Source: Erysipelotrichaceae bacterium (lineage in GTDB: Bacteria; Bacillota_I; Bacilli_A; Erysipelotrichales; Coprobacillaceae). Taken from it: a stretch of DNA of 32,000 nt. The translations under genes and the position numbers were made by a program. The stretch lies in NCBI GenBank assembly GCA_028698185.1, contig JAQVDW010000008.1:1-32000 (forward strand). Direction: 5' to 3'. Numbering within the stretch: position 1 is the first letter of the stretch; the number at the start of each line of letters is the position of its first letter. The notes under the pieces are model-generated. The model was not told the origin of the DNA, did no database searches, and saw only the letters and a list, made by a program, of their open reading frames with translations. This document shows positions 17,325 to 23,761 of the stretch, one piece after another.

Positions 17325-17366
17325 AAAAAAACAAGATGATTCCCTGCGGCTTCATCTTGTTTTTTT
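17325..17366 (-). terminator. Bidirectional terminator after the HhH-GPD gene
   Basis: A 9-bp stem ACAAGATGA/TCATCTTGT with an 11-12 nt loop, flanked by an A-run and a T-run. Confidence 0.8.
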
Positions 17367-17367
17367 G

Positions 17368-18000
17368 TTATTTTTTGTTTTTGGGCTGGGGATCGGTCAA
17401 ATCCGCAATTGCTCCATTGGCGATTGCTGCAAGATACAGGGCGGCCACTTGACCATGGGGCTGGTATCTCTTTGAGTAACGATCGAATTTGGCATCGTCG
17501 ATTGCCCGGTGCCGGTAAAGCATCCGCATCCCTTTGAGGATCGTTTCATTTTCCCGTTCGAGGGGCTCGATATTATTTGATGGGGATTTTTTGAATTCTT
17601 CGATGGCTTCAAAGGTCAGACCTGGGATGGCGCAAAGGCTTGCTTCAAGCAACCCTTCATCGGTGCTTGAAAGTTGGGTCAGGTCATACTGGTTGCGGTA
17701 AACGCGGGCGGCGAAGTCTTTGATGCACAGGACTTGAAATTGGGGGATTTTCAAGGCATGCAGCTTCTTTTCCTTGATCTTTGTCAGCGTGTATGGTGTC
17801 AGTTTCTCAAAGCTTTTTTCCAGCTTTTCGAAAAGCTCATGGCCATTGTCCAAAGGTGCCAGGATGCTCTGGATGACCTTGATAAAAGGGTCGCTAGAAT
17901 TTCCGACCGGGATGAAACCGATTTGTTCAATGGCTTCTTTAAATTTTTTGTCTTTTTTTGATAGATAGTCCAGTTCTACTTGAGAGTAAGTAAAATTCAT
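17368..18000 (-). CDS. HhH-GPD superfamily protein (short AlkA-like 3-methyladenine glycosylase family), probably catalytically degenerate
   Basis: 210 aa with an AAGGAGG SD. The N-terminal YLSKKDKKFKEAIEQIG and C-terminal LYRHR...FDRYSKRYQPHGQVAALYL match short AlkA-like proteins as I recall them. The hairpin loop is IPGLT, and there is no Asp in the following 40 residues. Confidence 0.65.
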   Translation of the reverse strand: MNFTYSQVELDYLSKKDKKFKEAIEQIGFIPVGNSSDPFIKVIQSILAPLDNGHELFEKLEKSFEKLTPYTLTKIKEKKLHALKIPQFQVLCIKDFAARVYRNQYDLTQLSSTDEGLLEASLCAIPGLTFEAIEEFKKSPSNNIEPLERENETILKGMRMLYRHRAIDDAKFDRYSKRYQPHGQVAALYLAAIANGAIADLTDPQPKNKK

Positions 18001-18090
18001 ATCAGTACCTCCTTAAGCGATAACTGCAACATCATAACATAAATAGTGATTTCATGCCAATTTTTTTTAAAAAAATATCGTAAAAATGTT

Positions 18091-18125
18091 TATTGTTACA
18101 ATGTGTGTATCTATTGTTACAATGT
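18091..18125 (+). repeat. Two identical 14-bp direct repeats, TATTGTTACAATGT, 21 bp apart
   Basis: Copies are at 18091-18104 and 18112-18125. Each contains the palindrome ATTGT-N-ACAAT and an extended -10-like TGTTACAAT. Confidence 0.8.
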
Positions 18126-18145
18126 AAACTTTCTTGGTACATATA

Positions 18146-18174
18146 TTGTAATTTGGCTTTGGAGGTAGTATAAT
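18146..18174 (+). promoter_or_regulatory. Promoter of the 186-aa hypothetical gene
   Basis: TTGTAA (18146-18151), a 17-nt spacer, TATAAT (18169-18174). Confidence 0.6.
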
Positions 18175-18198
18175 GGTTTTAGAAATGGAGGCGATAAA

Positions 18199-18759
18199 AT
18201 GTTGGACAATAAAACTATCGTCGTTTATGGCTTAACTAAGCGCGAAATGAACATGGTGGAACGGGCAAGCCAGGATTTCAAGGTCAATGTAGTCAAAATC
18301 AAATACCTCAAAGAAATTTATCATGCGGATTATTTCCTGGCGATTTTGGATGTCAATAATGCCAAAAGTGAGGAACTGGAAAAGTACAGCGATTATCTTG
18401 AAAATGTGGATCCGAATCTGGCGACAAAGGTTATTATTGATATTGACAAAAAAGAGCTTAGCAAGAAAGGGAACTATGCATCGTTCAACAGTTTTCAAGG
18501 GATTGAAAATGAATTGAGCGTCTTGATCAAGAAATCTTTCCAAAAAGCCAAACGCGAGCTGGGTGTAGCCGACAGCATGAACAAGGCTATTGCAGTGTAC
18601 AATTATCTTTCAAACAATTCTGGAAGCATTGAACAGATCCAAAAGACGACCGGGCTAGACAATGCTGAAGTGATCCGTTACCTCGGGATTCTCGAAATTT
18701 TTTGTGATGATATTCAATTTGACAATGAAAATAATAGCTATGGAAAAAAGGAAAGCTGA
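18199..18759 (+). CDS. Hypothetical protein with a C-terminal winged-helix-like segment
   Basis: 186 aa with a GGAGG SD. A TTGTAA-17-TATAAT promoter lies upstream. No family was recognised. The segment SIEQIQKTTGLDNAEVIRYLGILE reads like an HTH. Confidence 0.6.
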   Translation: MLDNKTIVVYGLTKREMNMVERASQDFKVNVVKIKYLKEIYHADYFLAILDVNNAKSEELEKYSDYLENVDPNLATKVIIDIDKKELSKKGNYASFNSFQGIENELSVLIKKSFQKAKRELGVADSMNKAIAVYNYLSNNSGSIEQIQKTTGLDNAEVIRYLGILEIFCDDIQFDNENNSYGKKES

Positions 18760-18772
18760 TTTCCTTTTTTTC
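18745..18772 (+). terminator. Weak terminator after the 186-aa hypothetical gene
   Basis: An A/T-rich hairpin, AAAAAGGAAA-gctga-TTTCCTTTTT, followed by TT. Confidence 0.5.
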
Positions 18773-18794
18773 TTGTCTTTAAGGGGATAAAGTG

Positions 18795-18823
18795 TTGACA
18801 CCGATTTTAAATTTAGCTAATAT
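18795..18823 (+). promoter_or_regulatory. prfC promoter
   Basis: TTGACA (18795-18800), a 17-nt spacer, TAATAT (18818-18823). Confidence 0.6.
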
Positions 18824-18845
18824 AAGGAATACTGGAGGATTGAAC

Positions 18846-20432
18846 ATGAGTGATTTTATCAATGAAATAAACAGACGCAGGACATTTGCGATCATATCCC
18901 ATCCCGATGCCGGGAAGACGACCTTGACCGAAAAATTCCTGTTATATGGTGGGGCCATTCAGCTGGCCGGTACCGTTAAAGGAAAAAAGAATTCGCGCCA
19001 CGCGACCAGCGACTGGATGGAAATCGAAAAACAAAGAGGGATTTCGGTAACTTCATCCGTGCTGCAATTCGAATATGACGGATATTGCATCAATATCCTG
19101 GATACTCCGGGCCATCAGGATTTCTCGGAGGATACTTACCGGACCCTTATGGCGGCGGATTGCGCGGTCATGGTAATCGATGCCTCAAAAGGGGTCGAGG
19201 AACAGACCCGCAAGCTGTTCAAGGTTTGCACAATGAGAAACATCCCAATCATCACTTTCATTAATAAAATGGACCGTGAAGCTCAAGATCCTTACATGCT
19301 TTTAGAAGAGATAGAACAGGAGTTGGGAATAAAGACCACTCCGGTCAATTGGCCGATTGGATGCGGCAAACAGTTTGCCGGGGTTTACGAAAGGGAAAAA
19401 AAGGAGATCATCCGCTTCCTGGAATACACCGGTGGTAAAAAGGCGGTAAGCAGTGAGACCATCAAAATCGATGATCCGATGCTCAAGGACGCCATTGACC
19501 AGGAGCTTTACGAAAAGCTGCTTGAAGATATCGAACTTCTGGATATCGCCGGCAACGAGTTCGACCTCGAGGCGGTCCACAACGGGAAGCTGTCACCGGT
19601 TTGTTTCGGTTCGGCACTGACCAACTTTGGAATCGAGCCGTTCCTGCGCCATTTCTTGGCCATGACGACTCCGCCACTGCCACGGGTTGCCGAGGGCAGA
19701 CAAGTCAATCCCACCGATGAGGATTTCTCGGCATTTGTATTCAAAATCCAGGCGAATATGAACAAGAATCACCGCGACCGGATGGCCTTTTTTAGGATCT
19801 GCAGCGGCAAATTCACCAAAGGGATGGAGGTCTACCATTTCCAAGGCAAACGCAAAATCAAACTCAATCAGTCGAAATCGCTGATGGCCGACGAGCGTTC
19901 CGAGGTTGACGAGGCCTATGCGGGGGATATAATCGGGATTTTCGATCCGGGAATCTTCTCGATTGGGGATACCATCACCAACGCCAAAAAGCCATTCGCC
20001 TTTGAAGGCATTCCAACCTTCGCGCCGGAACACTTCCGCCTTATCCGCAACAAGGACACGATGAAACGGAAGCAATTTGTAAAAGGCGTGGAACAGATAG
20101 CCAAAGAAGGTGCGATACAGATTTTCACCGAAATGGGCGGGGCCATGGACGAAATCTTCGTCGGCGTGGTCGGAGTTTTGCAGTTCGAGGTTCTCGAACA
20201 CCGCTTGAAAAACGAATATAATGTGGAAATCGTATCGTCAGGATTGCCATACCAGTTCATCCGCTGGATCAACAACGATGCCAACTTGAAAGAGCTCAAC
20301 TTGCCATCGGACTGCCGGGCGGTCCAGGATCTTAGGGGCAACACCCTGTTGCTTTTCACCTCGTCTTGGGGTGTCAACTGGGCAAGAGACAAGAACCCAA
20401 ATCTGACCCTGCGCGATTTTTCGAAAAACTAG
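18846..20432 (+). CDS. prfC: Peptide chain release factor 3
   Basis: 528 aa from ATG 18846, with a GGAGGA SD. The N-terminus RRRTFAIISHPDAGKTTLTEK, the G-domain DTPGHQDF and NKMD are present. The upstream extension of the ORF overlaps the promoter and the SD. Confidence 0.9.
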   Translation: MSDFINEINRRRTFAIISHPDAGKTTLTEKFLLYGGAIQLAGTVKGKKNSRHATSDWMEIEKQRGISVTSSVLQFEYDGYCINILDTPGHQDFSEDTYRTLMAADCAVMVIDASKGVEEQTRKLFKVCTMRNIPIITFINKMDREAQDPYMLLEEIEQELGIKTTPVNWPIGCGKQFAGVYEREKKEIIRFLEYTGGKKAVSSETIKIDDPMLKDAIDQELYEKLLEDIELLDIAGNEFDLEAVHNGKLSPVCFGSALTNFGIEPFLRHFLAMTTPPLPRVAEGRQVNPTDEDFSAFVFKIQANMNKNHRDRMAFFRICSGKFTKGMEVYHFQGKRKIKLNQSKSLMADERSEVDEAYAGDIIGIFDPGIFSIGDTITNAKKPFAFEGIPTFAPEHFRLIRNKDTMKRKQFVKGVEQIAKEGAIQIFTEMGGAMDEIFVGVVGVLQFEVLEHRLKNEYNVEIVSSGLPYQFIRWINNDANLKELNLPSDCRAVQDLRGNTLLLFTSSWGVNWARDKNPNLTLRDFSKN

Positions 20433-20440
20433 TGTCTAAT

Positions 20441-20500
20441 AAGATTCCTCATTTGTGGCAACGCCCTTTAGAAGCGAAGGCCCGGGAGGAATCTTTTCTT
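20441..20500 (+). terminator. Long-loop hairpin after prfC, a possible terminator
   Basis: A 10-bp stem AAGATTCCTC/GAGGAATCTT encloses 35 nt and is followed by TTTCTTGTT. Confidence 0.45.
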
Positions 20501-20534
20501 GTTGCAGTTTTTAATGTGCAAAAATGACAAATTG

Positions 20535-20543
20535 TGATAAAAT
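20535..20543 (+). promoter_or_regulatory. Extended -10-like element upstream of the small ORFs and the ATPase-like gene
   Basis: TGaTAAAAT. The first ATG (20552) lies 9 nt downstream. Confidence 0.35.
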
Positions 20544-20613
20544 ATTCTCTAATGGGGGGTGACGCTTTATCGCACATGTTGGAAAAAGACTTAGCTGCCG
20601 CTGCTTCAAAAAC

Positions 20614-20793
20614 ATGGAGATGAAAATCGGCAAGGAAGAAGAAGTGCTGTTTTTCGAAAGACAAATCTATGATTGTGTTGTTAAAGATGATGGCATCAAT
20701 CCCGTTTACTATAAGGTTTATGGTGAAGAATACGCATTAAGTTGCACCCACAAAGAGTTCAATACGTATTTCGTATTGATCAATAAAAAGTAA
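20614..20793 (+). CDS. Candidate small protein of 59 aa, below the ORF-track cutoff
   Basis: The ORF reads MEMKIGKEEEVLFFERQIYDCVVKDDGINPVYYKVYGEEYALSCTHKEFNTYFVLINKK. It ends 13 nt before the downstream ATPase-like gene and is preceded by a 23-codon uORF whose stop overlaps its second ATG (ATGA). It has no clear SD. Confidence 0.35.
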   Translation: MEMKIGKEEEVLFFERQIYDCVVKDDGINPVYYKVYGEEYALSCTHKEFNTYFVLINKK

Positions 20794-20806
20794 AGGTGGC
20801 ATATTT

Positions 20807-22747
20807 ATGATCAGACATTTTACTATCAAGAACATCAACGACGTCAAAACATTCAATGAGCTCTCGCTCAAGCTCAACAGCCTTGGCGAGGTTGCTCATA
20901 TAAAGGTAAAAGACAATGCCGTCGAGTTCGACAGTATCGACATCATGGGCATTGTCGAAATAGTCGAAGCGATCGACCCTGCTTTGAAAATCCAGGAGAT
21001 CGTCGACGAAGAGGAAATCGACCTGAAAAAGGAGTCGGAACCAAAAGAGTATTTCTTCCTTTTTGAAAACATCTCGAAGGATGAAATGGAACAGGTTCTG
21101 ACCGTGTTGAGCTCCTATTCGAGTTACACCAACGTATCGCTCAACCGACAAAACAAATTGCTCAAGCTCACAACCAACGACCATCATGTTCTGGCCCGAC
21201 TTAAACGGATTGTTGCAAAAATCGGACCGAATATCAGTATCATCAACTATAACCGTCCATTCCAGGGAGAGGATTTTTTCAATCGGACCTTCAGCAGGTA
21301 TTTCATCATGGTTCTTGTCGGGGCCCTGGCGTTCGGGATTGCCGTCGTAACCCGACGCGAGCCGACAATCATCACCAGAATCGCCTGGCTGGTTACCCTG
21401 GCGGTTCTTCTTTCGAGCATGCTCAAGACCGCTTGGATCGACATCAAACGTAAACGTTACTTCACCGAGGACAATCTGATGATCCTTTCTGGATTTTTGG
21501 GCTGGGCCTTTGGGTTCTATTTCGAAATGGTCCTGGTTGTCATCATCTATCTGGCATCCAAGGAATTGTTGATCAACCTGGGGACTTGGATCATCAATGA
21601 TATCGACCGGAAACTCGAGTCGATCGAATATGGCAACCTGCGGACACAGCAGGGTGTTGTCAGAGTTCCTCTTAGCAGCATCGACATTGATGATATTGTG
21701 GTGGTGCACGAAAATGAAGCCATAAATTTCGACAGTGAGCTGGTTGACGCCAAGGCGTTTGTCAACTCTTATGCGGTAGATGGCGATGACAGTGACAAGC
21801 TCATCAATGCCGGGGATCCCATCCGGGCCGGTTGCACCAACCTGCAAGGGACCATCCAGGTCAGGGTCAAGAAAATCTACCAGTCTTCGGCATTGAACCT
21901 GGTCGCATCAAGAGCGACAAGCTACGCCTTGAGCGAATCGAAGATGTTCAAGTTCATGCAGCTGTTCGCCAAGGGATACACCATCACCTTGATCGTCCTG
22001 GCGGCATTGATGATCGTCTTTGGGGGCGGATTCAGGCTGATTGATGAAGCGTATGTATATATTGGAATAATCCTTCTTTCAATCAGCTCCAATGCGACTT
22101 ACGTCCAGGCGATTTCATATTCGTCATTGGGTGTGGTTGGCAACGCTTTGGTTAAAAATATAGTCATCAAGAACACCAACAGCATTTACCGGCTCCATTC
22201 ATGCAATGTGATTATCTATGACCGGATCGATGACCAGCCGGTAAGTCTTGACGAACTCGAGCTGATCGAATATCTCCACTCTTTAAACAAGATCCTGATT
22301 ATCTTCAACGACGGACCTCAGGACCTCATTGCCGGAAAATATCAGGTTCGCAACAACTATACAACCGAAGAAAAACTGCAAGTTATCACTGATTACCAGA
22401 AACACAATGCGGTATGTTATATTGGCGATTCGACCAAGGATATCGTCATGCTCCAAAGTGCCAATGTCGGTATTGCCCGGGGCGGGATCCTTGCCAAGAG
22501 GGTTATCCGCAACAGCGACATCGTGCTGAAAGATTCATCGAAACAGACGATGGAAAACGCCTTTTTAGTGTCCAAACGCTACCGCCATGTGATTTATCAA
22601 TATGGCTTTTTGGGACTGGTCGGGGTCGTGGCCATTTTCATCATGGCTGTCGCCAATATCATCCCTTGGGTGCTCGCGGTGGCTATCGACGTTATCATCA
22701 GCGGCGCTGTAATTTTGATCAATAAAAGGATAGTGAACTTATCATGA
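20807..22747 (+). CDS. Degenerate P1B-type (Cd/Zn/Cu-like) P-type ATPase homolog lacking the catalytic and metal-binding motifs
   Basis: 646 aa with an AAAGGTGG SD. The membrane and actuator core resembles CadA/ZntA-like pumps (YFTEDNLMILSGFLGWAFGFYFE, AGDPIRAGCTNLQGTIQVRV). TGES is replaced by DGDD, CPC by SSN, DKTGT by DRIDD and GDGxND by GDSTKD. The N-domain is missing, and two HMA-like N-terminal modules have no CxxC. Confidence 0.8.
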   Translation: MIRHFTIKNINDVKTFNELSLKLNSLGEVAHIKVKDNAVEFDSIDIMGIVEIVEAIDPALKIQEIVDEEEIDLKKESEPKEYFFLFENISKDEMEQVLTVLSSYSSYTNVSLNRQNKLLKLTTNDHHVLARLKRIVAKIGPNISIINYNRPFQGEDFFNRTFSRYFIMVLVGALAFGIAVVTRREPTIITRIAWLVTLAVLLSSMLKTAWIDIKRKRYFTEDNLMILSGFLGWAFGFYFEMVLVVIIYLASKELLINLGTWIINDIDRKLESIEYGNLRTQQGVVRVPLSSIDIDDIVVVHENEAINFDSELVDAKAFVNSYAVDGDDSDKLINAGDPIRAGCTNLQGTIQVRVKKIYQSSALNLVASRATSYALSESKMFKFMQLFAKGYTITLIVLAALMIVFGGGFRLIDEAYVYIGIILLSISSNATYVQAISYSSLGVVGNALVKNIVIKNTNSIYRLHSCNVIIYDRIDDQPVSLDELELIEYLHSLNKILIIFNDGPQDLIAGKYQVRNNYTTEEKLQVITDYQKHNAVCYIGDSTKDIVMLQSANVGIARGGILAKRVIRNSDIVLKDSSKQTMENAFLVSKRYRHVIYQYGFLGLVGVVAIFIMAVANIIPWVLAVAIDVIISGAVILINKRIVNLS

Positions 22748-23571
22748 GACCATTGATTGTAAAACAGACGACCCAGCTGCAGGATTTCCTGCTCAATTTC
22801 TACAATAAGAAGAATGTAAAAAAATATCTCAAATACAAGCAGGTCCATCTCAACGGCTCGAATGAAGTCCGTTTTGACACGCTTTGCCAGCCCGGGGACC
22901 AGGTCGAAATCAAGGAAGCGGCCAAGACGGGGCTGGACATCATATATGAGGATGAAGAATTGGTGGTGATCGACAAACCGGCCGGCTTGCTGTCAATTGC
23001 CGGAGGCAACGAGAAGGAACAGACTGCCTACCACCAGGTTTCCCTCTACCTCAAGGAAACAAATCCCAAGGCCCGGGTTTTCGTCCTGCATCGGCTCGAC
23101 CGGGACACTTCGGGAATTCTGATGTTCGCGAAAAACGAGAGAATCAAGAAGCTGCTCCAGGATAAATGGAATGATATCGTCACCCATAGGGGTTACTATG
23201 CCCTGTGTGAAGGCAAATTGCCCAAGGAAAAAGACCGGATCGTCAACTATCTCAAGGAGTCCAAGACCCAGCAGGTATACATTGCCAAAGACGGCAAAAA
23301 GGCGATCACCGATTACGAGGTAATGAAAAGTTCGAAGGGCAACACCCTGGCCCGGATATTTTTACAGACCGGCCGGAAGAACCAGATCCGGGTGACGCTC
23401 TCATCGCTCAACTGCCCAATTGTCGGGGACAAGAAGTACGGCAGCGTGACCAACCCGATCAGAAGGCTCGGTCTTCATGCCTACTGTTTTGGCTTTGTTC
23501 ATCCCATAACCATGAAGAAGTATTATTTTGAATCAGCTATTCCTGAAGAGTTCGAACGGGTTTTCAAATAA
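22744..23571 (+). CDS. RluA-family pseudouridine synthase with an N-terminal S4-like module
   Basis: 275 aa. The catalytic motif HRLDRDTSGILMFAK and KNQIRV are present. Its ATG overlaps the upstream stop (ATGA). Confidence 0.85.
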   Translation: MRPLIVKQTTQLQDFLLNFYNKKNVKKYLKYKQVHLNGSNEVRFDTLCQPGDQVEIKEAAKTGLDIIYEDEELVVIDKPAGLLSIAGGNEKEQTAYHQVSLYLKETNPKARVFVLHRLDRDTSGILMFAKNERIKKLLQDKWNDIVTHRGYYALCEGKLPKEKDRIVNYLKESKTQQVYIAKDGKKAITDYEVMKSSKGNTLARIFLQTGRKNQIRVTLSSLNCPIVGDKKYGSVTNPIRRLGLHAYCFGFVHPITMKKYYFESAIPEEFERVFK

Positions 23572-23587
23572 AAAAATGAAAATAGGT

Positions 23588-23616
23588 TTGACAAGTAGCT
23601 AGATAACTGTTATAGT
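23588..23616 (+). promoter_or_regulatory. infC-rpmI-rplT promoter
   Basis: TTGACA (23588-23593), a 17-nt spacer, TATAGT (23611-23616). Confidence 0.7.
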
Positions 23617-23761
23617 ATGACAGTAAATGAAAAGTAGTGGAAAGAAGAAGTGCCTGCTTCTCGCCTGAGTGAACTTATCGCTAGGCCAATGTCACAAAGA
23701 ATTTATTCTTAATGAGATTATAGCGGGTGCAATCTGTACTCGCTTTTTATTTTAAACTACT
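23617..23761 (+). promoter_or_regulatory. Structured 5-prime leader of the infC operon, an L20-leader-type attenuator
   Basis: A leader of about 140 nt lies between the promoter and the infC SD. It ends in an intrinsic terminator (23722-23750). This is the architecture described for L20-mediated autoregulation in Bacillus. Confidence 0.55.
23722..23750 (+). terminator. Attenuator terminator inside the infC leader
   Basis: AGCGGGTGCA-atc-TGTACTCGCT followed by TTTTTATTTT, 12 nt before the infC SD. Confidence 0.7.

Noticed and set aside
17124-17330. Possible T-box or riboswitch leader upstream of the COG2984-type ABC operon, a family sometimes under T-box control
   Set aside because: I found no T-box sequence (GGTGGTACCGCG-like), no specifier or AG-bulge features, and no purine, preQ1 or TPP core motif. 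A good promoter lies only about 45 nt from the start codon. A covariance-model scan would be the decisive test.
20449-20664. 71-aa minus-strand ORF downstream of prfC
   Set aside because: It has no SD, it runs through the prfC terminator structure, and it lies antisense to the better-supported plus-strand small ORFs.
20780-21847. 355-aa ORF on the minus strand
   Set aside because: It is entirely antisense to the ATPase-like gene, whose plus-strand product has recognisable P-type ATPase homology. Its composition (very rich in D, V, F and H) is typical of a shadow frame, and it has no SD.
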